From an uncultured virus (IMG/VR IMGVR_UViG_3300017963_000022) (Duplodnaviria; Heunggongvirae; Uroviricota; Caudoviricetes): a stretch of 64,000 nucleotides of DNA. The notes under the pieces are model-generated. The model was not told the origin of the DNA. It ran no database searches and saw nothing but the letters and a program-made list of their open reading frames with translations. Position 1 is the first letter of the stretch. Each line of letters opens with the position of its first letter. The position numbers and the translations under genes were made by a program. Below, piece by piece: positions 7,581 to 17,938 of the stretch. The DNA lies in the IMG/VR virus record IMGVR_UViG_3300017963_000022; one strand, given 5' to 3'.

Positions 7581-10500
7581 CTATAATTCGTCATCCACTC
7601 TAATTACTAAAATGTTAGAGCTTGGTAATCCTGTTGATTTCTCTGCCCAAGTAGTCTCATCTCCATCCTTTTGGTAGAACTTTGATGGAGCACCGCTAGT
7701 ACTGAGGAACATATATGGGTATCCCCCTAAGAAATTAGTTGTTTCAAACCTATGTGTTTTAGCATACTTAGCTAGATTATACCAACGGCTATTAACATCA
7801 TCTGTTCCTTTGAAGTAGACTCCACTATCCACACCAGAAAAAGTTTCTAACACCGAATATACATATCTTTTGTAATCATATGTTCCACCAAGAGCTATAC
7901 CAGAAACAGTGTATACTGGCCCAAGTACATCTACAGTTCTTGCATCAAGTACTCTTGGGAACGGTTTTCCATTGAATGTATTCTTTAGTTGACTCCAATC
8001 TCCAGAAACAGCCGTTTGACTAAAGTACATCTCTCCAGATTTTACACCACTATAAACTGTACCACCAAAGAAAGTAGAGGGGGAGCTATGGGCAACGTCT
8101 ACTGACGCATATTTTCTCATTCCTGATAATGAATATAACCCAAGTACACCATAACTGTCTCCAGCAGTTGTCACGTAGCTATTTGTAAAAGCCGCAAGAG
8201 AAAGACTTCCAGAAGTAGGAATATTTGCTACACCAGAAAAGGCATATAGTCTATAGCTACTGTCTATATCCAAAGTTACAATATGTTTTCTTGTATTAAA
8301 AAAATAATCATCTGCGGAAGATAGACCAGTATAAGTTTTTACAGTAGTACCTGTAAAAATATTTTTTGCTTTATACTCGTATCCTCCATCTGGATTGTAT
8401 ATAAGAATAGTATTATCTAACTCATCAACTGTAAGAGCAACATCATATGGGTAATAATCGCCATCAAATCCTAGCCAACTATTTCCCCAACGTGTTCCTG
8501 TTATTACGTTTTCAATTTTCCATTCTGTAGACGGGTAAAGATCGTGGGTAGTTATTGCAAGAGGTGGTTTGCTTTTTTTAGTGAGTGGAAGCACGCAAGT
8601 ATTACGAGCACGGTAAAGAACAGTATCATCAATTGTGTTATATTGTGATGGGTCAATATTTCCGGTACGTATACTAACTGGTTCATCACCTGGAAGTGTA
8701 ACAATGTAAAGGCCGTATAAAAATTCTGAAGTCACATTATTTATTACTGTCCATCTAAGAGCAACATAGCTTTTCATATCTTCTTTAGTAAATGCCATAC
8801 TCATTGCACCAGAATACCTGTTAGAATAGTTACCTGTTGCATTAGAAGTTGTAAAAATAACCTTCTTAGCGGGGGTTGAAAAACCCACATCTGGAGTATA
8901 TTCCTTTGTCATATAATAGGCTTGAGCGTATTGAGTTTCTGACCCTGGTGGCCTTTCTGTCCAATATATAGTATCACAAGTTATAGCAGAGAATCCACCG
9001 TCTTCCGTTGGAAACACCATAGAACTATTGTCATTGCCTGATAGTATATACCAATCAGCATTGTTAGTTACACCTGTTGGATAATAGCTAGGGCCAATAC
9101 TACTAGAAAATGTTTCTGTTTCTAAGTCGTATACGTACATTTCTAAATAATGATACAAAGACTGAGACGAGGCATCAAAAGCACCAGGGCTTTCTAATCT
9201 TTTATCTCTTATCCAACAACACCAACTCCTATTTTGTATTCCTACACCAGAATTTGATAGGGGATAGCCTATTTCATCACCAGAGAGTGTCCAAGGAATC
9301 CCATAAGTAGTTTGTAAGTCATCGTCAATAACGGTATAATCCAAATTAACTAAATCTGCTTTAAGATGTACACGATTATTGTTGTTATAATGTTTTCCCA
9401 AGAAGTGAACGTATCTTTCATTATCTTCTACCCACATAAGGTGTGAAGTGCTGTAAGAAAAATCTAAAAGATAGTTTGTTGTGTCCATGTAGTATTCAGT
9501 TTCTACATTTGTATTTAAGTCAATGGCATAAATACGTAAACCAACACTGTGATAGAACTTCCCATTCTTTAAGCACATGGGTCGTCCGATACCTTCTATT
9601 AAAGAACACTCATCGTTTGTAAAAGTACTACCAAGACTTACCATATCAAAAGGCTTTTGCATAGCAGTTCTATTTTGAGAAACTATTATCAAATCTCCTA
9701 TAGTTCCTTGTTCTTCCTCACCACCATCTATCCAATTCTGTTTTGTGGGATTGTAAGCTTCAAAACCACCAGTTAGTAATGTATAGGTATCGTTGTGGTC
9801 AACATCCATTACGTTAATGTTTTCTTTTCCATCATCTGCAATTACTTGAGTCATTGTAAAATCGGTAGATGATCTCCAAACCATTACCCAAGAATTTCCA
9901 GATGAGGTATCATTGTAGCCTACGATAATTTCTCCAGTGATGCTATTTATTCCTACACCTGCGGCTATCCAATTAGTTGTATAGAAGTCTGTAAGAACTC
10001 CATTAACTTCTTCAGTCCAACCATCAGGAGTTATCTGCACCCATGAAGTATCCCCTGCAAATCTTCTATACACTTCCACACCATCTGTTGTAGCAACTAA
10101 TACACCATTCTTTATCTTTAAATCTCGAATATTGAGATTAGTAATACCCGTACTGTAAGAAGACCACGATGAACCAGAGATCGTTTTTCTATAAACCCCA
10201 TGAGATTTTGTTCCTACGTAAACATATTCGGAATCTGTATCGTAAGAAACATATGCAAATAATCTAGGACAACGTTCATCTAGAACTAGGGTTGTTCTTA
10301 AACCATGAGAATCACTCAGTTGTGAACCTACAGTAGTTGCTCGTCCTACACCGTTCCAAACATGTGTGGTACACTTTACTCTATCACCAGGGTCAATATC
10401 GTATCCTCCTACAAGAGTAAATATTTTCTGTGATACAGTCTGAGCATATTCATCTAGAATCTTACTTCCTATTTCTGAAGCTGTTTCATAATCAGTGATA

Positions 10501-11201
10501 TAGTTATTTGTGTACACAACTGTACGTTTGTCAGTAGCACCTCTATCCCAAGAAGTTCTTCTGTTCATTGTTAAAAAGACATTATTACCCCAAATAATAA
10601 CTCTATTTCTTAGGTTAGCATCTGAAGAGTCTATCTCCTCTGATATAATATCTGTATCGACTAAATTAGCGGCATAACTCCCAACAGTTGTAAGTAAGCT
10701 TCCGACAACACATGTACCGCTTCCATTGAAATAAAAATACCAACCACTTTGTTGACACATTCTAAGAACAACATCATACGCTGGCTCTAGACCAAAGAAT
10801 TGTCCATATGGTTGTATATATCCCTCTCCTGCACCAGCAACAAAAGTAATACTTATTTGTGCAAGAGAACAAATTTCTTCTATCCAATGTTTTGAACTAT
10901 GTCCAGCATAGTTGTAAGTAGTCTCTATAAAATAATCTTGTAACCATTTAGAACCGTCTTGACAATCTGCTGAGATGCTTCCTTCAACATCTCTTGATAC
11001 TGTTCCAGTCCAATACTTTCCTTTTAGAGTTCCTTCTTCATAAAGATAAAACAAATCTCCAGGACTTATAGAAAGAGAGTCATCAAAGATTATATTAAAT
11101 GTTCCTACTCCAGAACAAATATTTGTTTGGCGATCATACTGCAATACTTTATTGCTGACATCAACCGCTCCTTTCTTTACTTGTACATTAATCCCTGCCA
11201 T
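7581..11201 (-). CDS. Large tail protein (hub-like N-terminus, beta-propeller-like C-terminus)
   Basis: N-terminus resembles the neighbouring hub protein (LRNRVIIWG); position after the tape measure. Confidence 0.7.
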   Translation of the reverse strand: MAGINVQVKKGAVDVSNKVLQYDRQTNICSGVGTFNIIFDDSLSISPGDLFYLYEEGTLKGKYWTGTVSRDVEGSISADCQDGSKWLQDYFIETTYNYAGHSSKHWIEEICSLAQISITFVAGAGEGYIQPYGQFFGLEPAYDVVLRMCQQSGWYFYFNGSGTCVVGSLLTTVGSYAANLVDTDIISEEIDSSDANLRNRVIIWGNNVFLTMNRRTSWDRGATDKRTVVYTNNYITDYETASEIGSKILDEYAQTVSQKIFTLVGGYDIDPGDRVKCTTHVWNGVGRATTVGSQLSDSHGLRTTLVLDERCPRLFAYVSYDTDSEYVYVGTKSHGVYRKTISGSSWSSYSTGITNLNIRDLKIKNGVLVATTDGVEVYRRFAGDTSWVQITPDGWTEEVNGVLTDFYTTNWIAAGVGINSITGEIIVGYNDTSSGNSWVMVWRSSTDFTMTQVIADDGKENINVMDVDHNDTYTLLTGGFEAYNPTKQNWIDGGEEEQGTIGDLIIVSQNRTAMQKPFDMVSLGSTFTNDECSLIEGIGRPMCLKNGKFYHSVGLRIYAIDLNTNVETEYYMDTTNYLLDFSYSTSHLMWVEDNERYVHFLGKHYNNNNRVHLKADLVNLDYTVIDDDLQTTYGIPWTLSGDEIGYPLSNSGVGIQNRSWCCWIRDKRLESPGAFDASSQSLYHYLEMYVYDLETETFSSSIGPSYYPTGVTNNADWYILSGNDNSSMVFPTEDGGFSAITCDTIYWTERPPGSETQYAQAYYMTKEYTPDVGFSTPAKKVIFTTSNATGNYSNRYSGAMSMAFTKEDMKSYVALRWTVINNVTSEFLYGLYIVTLPGDEPVSIRTGNIDPSQYNTIDDTVLYRARNTCVLPLTKKSKPPLAITTHDLYPSTEWKIENVITGTRWGNSWLGFDGDYYPYDVALTVDELDNTILIYNPDGGYEYKAKNIFTGTTVKTYTGLSSADDYFFNTRKHIVTLDIDSSYRLYAFSGVANIPTSGSLSLAAFTNSYVTTAGDSYGVLGLYSLSGMRKYASVDVAHSSPSTFFGGTVYSGVKSGEMYFSQTAVSGDWSQLKNTFNGKPFPRVLDARTVDVLGPVYTVSGIALGGTYDYKRYVYSVLETFSGVDSGVYFKGTDDVNSRWYNLAKYAKTHRFETTNFLGGYPYMFLSTSGAPSKFYQKDGDETTWAEKSTGLPSSNILVIRVDDEL

Positions 11202-11204
11202 TTA

Positions 11205-12170
11205 TTATTTCCTTAATTCTACATTAGTTCTATATCCAGATGAACTTATAGAGTGGTTTACAGAATAAGCAAACCAGTCATCTGAACTTGCTATTGGTAA
11301 AGTTTCTACAGTATAAATATTTCTAGATGTTATTCCAGGGTCGCCTAATAAAGACATAACCAGTGAGCTTCTTAGTCTATTCCACTTAGTTAGGTTGTAA
11401 GAAGCGGCATCGTCAGCAACGGATTGGCTATCTATAAAAGATGCAGACATTACTGCTGTTTTATAAAAACCAGAAGGGAGATACGCACTTGCCGCTTTAG
11501 CTTCAGCGGAAATACCATTTGCCCCATAAACAACAATTCGGTTGCGAATATCATCATCTGATTCTACTTTAGTAGCACTTAATACACTTGCCTTTGCAAT
11601 TGTACCAGAAGAAGAGTCTCCTCCTACTGGATATGGTTTTCTATCTACAAACCAAACTTTACCGTTCTTATCAGCATAAAGATGCCATGCTACCAACTCT
11701 GAAAGCTGTTTACAATAATCATAACAACCTACAAGATTTACCTCTACGGGTACTGAAACACCGTAAGTAAAATTTGTGTTGTTCCCCTGATAATTGGTTA
11801 ATCCTGCTAGTGCTAAAAGGTCTTCAATTAAATCCTCACACTTAATGTTTGATCTTGTAAATGGATTATCAGGATTGGATGAAGCAATAAAGTAGTCAAC
11901 TGCTCTAGTTAATACATCATATGCAGTTATTGTATAAGTATTATTTGGATATGCTCTTTCTACGTTTTTTACATAGCCAGTGAAAAGTTGAGCGTGGTCA
12001 TCATCATACCCAATGTCTACAGTAACAGAATCACCAATAGAAAGAGTAGTAGAACCTGCTTCAATAATTGCTACATCTGTTGCATTAGTATATGCAGAAG
12101 ATAGATTTACACTTAGTATCTGAGAAGTATTTGTAACACTCTTATATAAGTTCTTTATACTATTACTCAT
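11205..12170 (-). CDS. Baseplate hub / Tal-like tail protein
   Basis: LFTGYV...ITAYD...WHLYAD.NGKVWF...IRNRIVVYG pattern; synteny. Confidence 0.7.
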   Translation of the reverse strand: MSNSIKNLYKSVTNTSQILSVNLSSAYTNATDVAIIEAGSTTLSIGDSVTVDIGYDDDHAQLFTGYVKNVERAYPNNTYTITAYDVLTRAVDYFIASSNPDNPFTRSNIKCEDLIEDLLALAGLTNYQGNNTNFTYGVSVPVEVNLVGCYDYCKQLSELVAWHLYADKNGKVWFVDRKPYPVGGDSSSGTIAKASVLSATKVESDDDIRNRIVVYGANGISAEAKAASAYLPSGFYKTAVMSASFIDSQSVADDAASYNLTKWNRLRSSLVMSLLGDPGITSRNIYTVETLPIASSDDWFAYSVNHSISSSGYRTNVELRK

Positions 12171-12531
12171 CTACATAGAGCTCCATTGTTACATCATACG
12201 TTGCTACAGTTGTTGGAAGACCTGGACGATCAAACAAACAAGTCCAAGTTTCAGGTCTTCTAGCCGCTTTAATTCCTTTCACGAGACACGAAGCTACTGC
12301 ACCCTCTGGCCCACTAAGAGTATAAGCAAGCCCTGTTTTTCTAAGGTTCTCTAATGCGTTTTTATCTCCAGAAGTTGCGACTAATCCAGCAATTGACATC
12401 TTTGTAGATTCCCATCCGAATACATGATGGACAGTCTTTGTATCCAATGGCTGTAGCCTAGCAATGATTTGATCTGCTCCGGTTTCTAGTTTAGTTAAAT
12501 ATATTCTTGTCTGATTAAATCTCCAGCCCAC
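12163..12531 (-). CDS. Distal-tail-like protein
   Basis: Immediately after the tape measure. Confidence 0.5.
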   Translation of the reverse strand: MGWRFNQTRIYLTKLETGADQIIARLQPLDTKTVHHVFGWESTKMSIAGLVATSGDKNALENLRKTGLAYTLSGPEGAVASCLVKGIKAARRPETWTCLFDRPGLPTTVATYDVTMELYVDE

Positions 12532-12545
12532 AATTGAGCCTCCTA

Positions 12546-15500
12546 TTAAATTACACTAACCACAGTAGCTCCCTGTGCGGCTCCTTTTCTTACTAGCTCT
12601 TCAGCTAAGTAAGCTTTAGTTAAGCTTGCTACAAGCTCACCGTCAAGGAAAGTATCAAAGTTAGCTGTAATATCTACAGTAACCTCTACTGGTTGGTTTT
12701 CAAATGATTCGAGCATTGAACCGAAGTTCGTAGACAGAACTTCCGATAATACTGATGCTGATTCTTCTAGTTTGGTTTTCCCTCCAAAACCCTCTCCAAA
12801 TTTATCTGGTAACAGGAACTCATCAAACGGCCCTCCAGGTAAAGGTGTACCAAATCCAGGAAGTATTGGAAGTTCCTGACCTGGGGTAGCAAATGGATTT
12901 AGGTTTTTCCAAAAATCATTGGGTGGTAACATAGTTGGAGCATCTGTAAACCCAATTCCAGGAATACCTGCAACTTGAGCTCCTGCAAGAGCAGATGACA
13001 TACTTTGTTGAACTCCTTGATAGATTGATTCGGGAGTTATCGGTGCGTATCCTGGGTCTTCCTGATGGGCAAATCCAAATTCAAGTCTTCTTTCTTCTAG
13101 GTTAAAACTAGAAGTATTCTGTGCAATCTCTTCAAGTGGGCCACCAATAGCTTCATAAATAGCATTAGCTAACGCCCCAATATCTACTCCACCAGCATTT
13201 ACAAATCCTGCTTGGTATCCAGTAAACGGAACATAGAACGTACCATCAGACGGTAAGTTGTAGATACCATCTACCATGTCCTCTGTATTCTCTTCAATTT
13301 GACCAAGAAGCAATTGAATAATAGTATTATCTACTTGCATGGCTTCCATTTGCTTATTAGAGTAAAGTATTATTGTGTCTTCTAATTGCTCCATGTAACC
13401 TAGTTCTTGTAGCTGTGCAAGTTGTTGTTGATACAGTGTAAAGAACTGCTGTGCTTGAGCACTACCAGCGGCAAACGGAAGATCAGTAAATCCGAAACTT
13501 CTGTCTGCTTGTGAAATTATTCCTTCTTCAAAAGCATCTTCAATTGCCTTTCTAAATGATCTAGCACTTGCTGGTAATCCGTAAAGCTCTCTAGCCATTT
13601 CGCTAATTGGAAGCAGAACACCATTTTCAAACTCTAGAACTACGTCATTGATTCCTTCTCTATATTGCTCAATAAGCTCTTCGTCACCACCGTAGATTCC
13701 AGTTTCGTATCTACGTTCATATGCTTGAGCTCTTCCAATAATATCTGCAATCTGAGATTGTGAAAGGGCTCCCGTACGTGCGGCTACAATTGAAGGTGTT
13801 TCATAAGCATCAAATCTTTGTTGTACTCTAATTTGATCTAAATAGTCTGCTTGAGCTCCAGCTAATTGACGAGTCATTTGTTCCAAGTCTGCCATAGAAA
13901 CTTCTAAGCCGGCACTTAGAATAATTGTCTCTTCTGTACTTGCTCTTAGGTTTTCCATTGCTTCTCTGTATTCTTGCAGAGTAGCACTCATAGCATTAAT
14001 ACTATCTCTCTGTTCGTCTGTAGCGGAAATGTAAGTACGTGCGGCTTCTTCCATTTCTTCAGGAGTAAAACTAACACCTTCTCCTGCAACTTGTTGTGTA
14101 GCGTATAGCTCAGAAAATAGCGCATCTAAACCAGCAATAGTTGATCTTCTTCTTGCAATCTGTCTACCAGACAATTCTCCAGTAGTTGCTAATCCTGTAG
14201 TAGAAGTTAGTAGTTTTGTTTGGATACGATCTAAGATAGTCCCAAATAGAGTAGTAAACTCGGTTTCTAACTGAGCAGTTTGTTCTACACCCGCTGGTCT
14301 GTACGCTTCTACTAATTCTGCATAACGTTCTGGTTCAATTTGTTGGAATCTCTGAATAGCCAACTGTGACTGAAGACTTGGTTGTCCCTCTATTTGGCTA
14401 CGTTCAACCATTTCATTAAGTGCATCTATATCTGGAAAATTATCAAAACCAAGTGCAAGAGCTAATTGAATTGCTTGCGATCTTATCCAAGTATTTATAT
14501 CACCAAAGAAAGGAGTTCCTCCACCAACTGCTCCAGAAACTTCTTCTTGAAGAGTTGCTTCTTGTACTCTTCGTTGAGCTTCCTCATCTACTTCTGGTGT
14601 AGGAGGTTCACCACTAAGAATAATAGCGAGCTCTTCTCCCTCTAGTTTCACCCCTTCAACAAAAGCTGAAGCAACGGAAGAACCAATTACCATACCAACA
14701 GAAACACCAACTGGCCCTGATAGGACTCCACCAATAACGCCACCAATAGTTCCACCTACAATATTACCCCAACCTTCTGCGGTTTCTCCTTGGAAAAAGT
14801 TTGTTGCGGCGGCTGTTCCAACACCTAAAGCCCCAAGTCCTATATTCTGTGTCCAAGGACTTTGCATAAAGTTTCGAGTTGACCGTCCAGCTTGGAACCA
14901 AGGGTTTTGTTGTTGTAGCATTTGCTGTTGTGTAAGTGGCCCAAGCATAGGAGCAAGCGGAACAGATTGAGGGCCAAAGATACCTTTGCCCTGTCTTCCA
15001 TAAATACCAAGTCCTCCTAATGTAAGTAGAGCAGGAAGGTTAGTACCAGCTAGTCCTGAAAGTGTTTCTAAAAGATCAACAAGAGCAGTTAATCCTTTTA
15101 CTGTTGTTTCAACGAGTGTAAGGATACCGCCCTCTGAACCCCAAGTTTGGGCTAGCTCTTGGAAGGCGTTCCCAAGATTTGTAATTGCTGACTGTACGGT
15201 GTCTACTTGAATTGCTAGAGCTTCATAAGCGGCTCCAGAGTGACTTGCAGACTGTGTATTAATTTCTTGGGCTCTTGTAAGCCCCTTTAGAATAATTTCT
15301 ACCTGTGCTTGTCTACGAGTACCACCACCAATTGCTCTTGAAATTGCAGTTAGTTGGGATTCATCAATCAATCCTTGAGCAAACTTGGTAGAAATTTCTT
15401 CAGCAATATCTAAGAAAGCTCTGGTTTCTCCATTTACATCTGTAACAGCAATACCAAAAGAACGTAGTTCATCTTGTGCGGCAGATGTACTGATACCAGT

Positions 15501-16799
15501 AATAGCGGCTCTTAGAGCGTTACCAGTTTCGGTTGAGGTTAGCTGTGTTTGTTCTGCAAGTACAGCGATGATACCTACAAGTTCATTTATCTCGTCTGTA
15601 CTATCTTTGATTCCAATACCTGCTGATTGAGCAATAGCACCAACAATAGCATAAGATTCTGCTAGTGTTCGCAAGTCTACGTTAGCAACTTTTGTAACCG
15701 CTACCCAACGATCAAGTAACTGTCTCCCCTCTGCAAGAGGAATACCTGCCTGAGTCATTGCGGCTACTAATGTATCCATAGCTTGTGCTTGGTTGAATGT
15801 AGATAGTTTTGAAAGAACTAGTGAGTCGGTTAATAATTGATTAGCCGTTTTAAATCTTTGGTACTCACTTTCCATATTTCCAGTAGCACGGAGAGCTTGA
15901 GCATATCCTTGAATAACACCGTCAATAGACTCGCCAGTAAGTCTAGCGGCATCAGCTACAGCACCAAACGCTTGTGCTAGTGTGTCTTGATCTTCACCAA
16001 GAATAATTGAAATGTTGGCAAGCTCTGTTTGATTCTTGATTAGAAGGTCTGTTTGTGTTCCAAGTAATTGAAGCGGTTTGTAAATAAGAGCCGCCGCAAT
16101 TGTCCAACGAGTAAACTGAGTAATGCTTCTAGAAAGTCTTGCACCAAAAGTACTAAATCTATCTGAGGTAACGGCTGTAACCTTTCCAAGTTCATTCATA
16201 CGCAAGGAGAGACTTCTTACATTCCCTTCTGCATCTGCCGCTACTGCGGTCATCATCTGTATTCCAGAAGACGGGTCAGCAGTTACTCTTACATCCTTTG
16301 CTACAAATCCATACTCTAATAGAGCTTTCTTTGCTCTTTCTGTAGCTTGCTCTACAGTAAGAAATGGATTGTTGCTAGCAAGGAATTGTCCAAGACTTTG
16401 CCAAGAGTTCTTTACTTGTTCCGTTGTTTGTTCTACAGAATCGGCAACAGACTCAGGAATTGCTTGTCCGGTTTGTTTCCAGCCCAAATTAGCAGGGTCA
16501 AATCCTTGACCTGTACCTGTAGTTTGTTGTCTAACTCTTCCAGCGTAGTTCTCAATTTCTCTTAGATAGCGTAAATAGACCGCCGCTTCTTCTGTATTGA
16601 ATACTCTAATTTCTCCCATACTTCCAAGAGTTGTAGCGATCTTATTAACTTGAAGGTCTACTTCTTTAATAACGGCGGCGGCTTCGTTGAGTCTCTTATA
16701 GGCTTCAACGTAGCGGTTTACTTCAGCCTCGGATAAGCGTAACGCTTCTCCAAGTTGCCGTATTTTCTGAAGAACTTGATCTATATTTTGAACTGGCAT
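12546..16799 (-). CDS. Tape measure protein (1417 aa)
   Basis: Long Ala/Gln-rich helical protein; TGNALR...LRSFGIAVTD.NGETR.F core; Gly-rich TM region; follows the chaperones. Confidence 0.9.
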   Translation of the reverse strand: MPVQNIDQVLQKIRQLGEALRLSEAEVNRYVEAYKRLNEAAAVIKEVDLQVNKIATTLGSMGEIRVFNTEEAAVYLRYLREIENYAGRVRQQTTGTGQGFDPANLGWKQTGQAIPESVADSVEQTTEQVKNSWQSLGQFLASNNPFLTVEQATERAKKALLEYGFVAKDVRVTADPSSGIQMMTAVAADAEGNVRSLSLRMNELGKVTAVTSDRFSTFGARLSRSITQFTRWTIAAALIYKPLQLLGTQTDLLIKNQTELANISIILGEDQDTLAQAFGAVADAARLTGESIDGVIQGYAQALRATGNMESEYQRFKTANQLLTDSLVLSKLSTFNQAQAMDTLVAAMTQAGIPLAEGRQLLDRWVAVTKVANVDLRTLAESYAIVGAIAQSAGIGIKDSTDEINELVGIIAVLAEQTQLTSTETGNALRAAITGISTSAAQDELRSFGIAVTDVNGETRAFLDIAEEISTKFAQGLIDESQLTAISRAIGGGTRRQAQVEIILKGLTRAQEINTQSASHSGAAYEALAIQVDTVQSAITNLGNAFQELAQTWGSEGGILTLVETTVKGLTALVDLLETLSGLAGTNLPALLTLGGLGIYGRQGKGIFGPQSVPLAPMLGPLTQQQMLQQQNPWFQAGRSTRNFMQSPWTQNIGLGALGVGTAAATNFFQGETAEGWGNIVGGTIGGVIGGVLSGPVGVSVGMVIGSSVASAFVEGVKLEGEELAIILSGEPPTPEVDEEAQRRVQEATLQEEVSGAVGGGTPFFGDINTWIRSQAIQLALALGFDNFPDIDALNEMVERSQIEGQPSLQSQLAIQRFQQIEPERYAELVEAYRPAGVEQTAQLETEFTTLFGTILDRIQTKLLTSTTGLATTGELSGRQIARRRSTIAGLDALFSELYATQQVAGEGVSFTPEEMEEAARTYISATDEQRDSINAMSATLQEYREAMENLRASTEETIILSAGLEVSMADLEQMTRQLAGAQADYLDQIRVQQRFDAYETPSIVAARTGALSQSQIADIIGRAQAYERRYETGIYGGDEELIEQYREGINDVVLEFENGVLLPISEMARELYGLPASARSFRKAIEDAFEEGIISQADRSFGFTDLPFAAGSAQAQQFFTLYQQQLAQLQELGYMEQLEDTIILYSNKQMEAMQVDNTIIQLLLGQIEENTEDMVDGIYNLPSDGTFYVPFTGYQAGFVNAGGVDIGALANAIYEAIGGPLEEIAQNTSSFNLEERRLEFGFAHQEDPGYAPITPESIYQGVQQSMSSALAGAQVAGIPGIGFTDAPTMLPPNDFWKNLNPFATPGQELPILPGFGTPLPGGPFDEFLLPDKFGEGFGGKTKLEESASVLSEVLSTNFGSMLESFENQPVEVTVDITANFDTFLDGELVASLTKAYLAEELVRKGAAQGATVVSVI

Positions 16800-16800
16800 T

Positions 16801-17079
16801 TTATCCCTCGATTTGATCTAAAGGTATTGTAAACGTGTTTCCTTCCGTCTCCTTTTTCTTTTTAGAACTTGGCAATACATTATCTAACCAGTCTTCCAAC
16901 CGCTTTGATCTCGGATGCCAAAGAACTTCATCCGGTGGTCGCTTTTCCTTTGGTAACTCATTCAGAGAATCTATTTGCTGTCTCTTTCTTATTACATAAG
17001 AAATGGTATATGGCAATTCTCTAGAAGAGTCTATACTTGGGTCTAAGGGAAGCTGTAATGCTTTACTAGACGACCACAT
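16801..17079 (-). CDS. Tail assembly chaperone, C-terminal (T-like) frame
   Basis: Lies in the -1 frame relative to the upstream chaperone and is open back to the slippery site. Confidence 0.8.
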   Translation of the reverse strand: MWSSSKALQLPLDPSIDSSRELPYTISYVIRKRQQIDSLNELPKEKRPPDEVLWHPRSKRLEDWLDNVLPSSKKKKETEGNTFTIPLDQIEG

Positions 17080-17102
17080 ACTAGTAATCGCATCACTCCT
17101 TG

Positions 17103-17822
17103 CTATTTTTTTAATGTTACTGAACTAAGCTCCAATTGTTTGTAGCTTTTAATAATTTCAGTCTTTACCCTGGTTGGAGTTTTTAAAAAGTCTTCAAAAG
17201 ACTTATAAGGTCTTTGTGTATATTCCTCATCTGAAAATGTTCCATAGTATGCCGCCATTTCGGAGTAAGCTTTTTCAAAAGTTGATTGTGCGTGCATATC
17301 TATAAGAACAGCTTCGTATAGTTTGAGTAACTCATCTTTATTAATTTTACGAATCTCAGCTAACTTAGCTTCACGTTTATCTGCAACGATTCTTGTAACT
17401 TCCATATTATAAAGGTCTGGATAGTTGTCAATATACTTTTGATATTCTTCTCTTTCTTCTAATGAAGCATCCTCATCTGGTTCTTGTTTTGCAGGAATAT
17501 GAACTTCATTGAGTGCTTCTAGTGTTAAGTCTCTTATCATTAATGAAGCTAGTGTTTCCACTATTTCTTCTTTACGAAGATTAGTAATGTTTGGTATGTA
17601 GGCTTTTCTATCTTTCCATCTTCTGTTTCTAAGTTTTTCTCTGAACTCAGAGCTTTCCCTTAGAGCATGTACTTGAGCTTTGCCGTTATCTTCATCTCCA
17701 ATAACTCGTTGATACAAAGTTATTGTTCCTCTTCCTTCTGGAAGAAGCAATTCCAACTCAGTTGTATAATTGAATAGAGCATTTAAATCTACTTCTCTTT
17801 TTTCAATATTTGGTAAACTCAT
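17103..17822 (-). CDS. Tail assembly chaperone (G-like)
   Basis: Between tail tube and tape measure; ends at the slippery site. Confidence 0.8.
   Translation of the reverse strand: MSLPNIEKREVDLNALFNYTTELELLLPEGRGTITLYQRVIGDEDNGKAQVHALRESSEFREKLRNRRWKDRKAYIPNITNLRKEEIVETLASLMIRDLTLEALNEVHIPAKQEPDEDASLEEREEYQKYIDNYPDLYNMEVTRIVADKREAKLAEIRKINKDELLKLYEAVLIDMHAQSTFEKAYSEMAAYYGTFSDEEYTQRPYKSFEDFLKTPTRVKTEIIKSYKQLELSSVTLKK
17106..17112 (-). other. Programmed -1 frameshift slippery heptamer A AAA AAA
   Basis: TTA AAA AAA TAG; the -1 frame reads IARSDAITSMWSSSKA. Confidence 0.8.
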
Positions 17823-17842
17823 TCTACCTCTCCTATATAAAA

Positions 17843-17892
17843 TTAAAAGGGCTACAGGACTATAGTGAAAAACAATAGTGAATCTGTAGCCC
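17843..17892 (-). terminator. Terminator-like hairpin after the major tail gene
   Basis: GGGCTACAG / CTGTAGCCC stem followed by TTTT on the minus strand. Confidence 0.6.
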
Positions 17893-17938
17893 CGTTTTGC
17901 TGTCCTTTTTGGCTTTACTTTTTAATTGTTAGTGTGGA

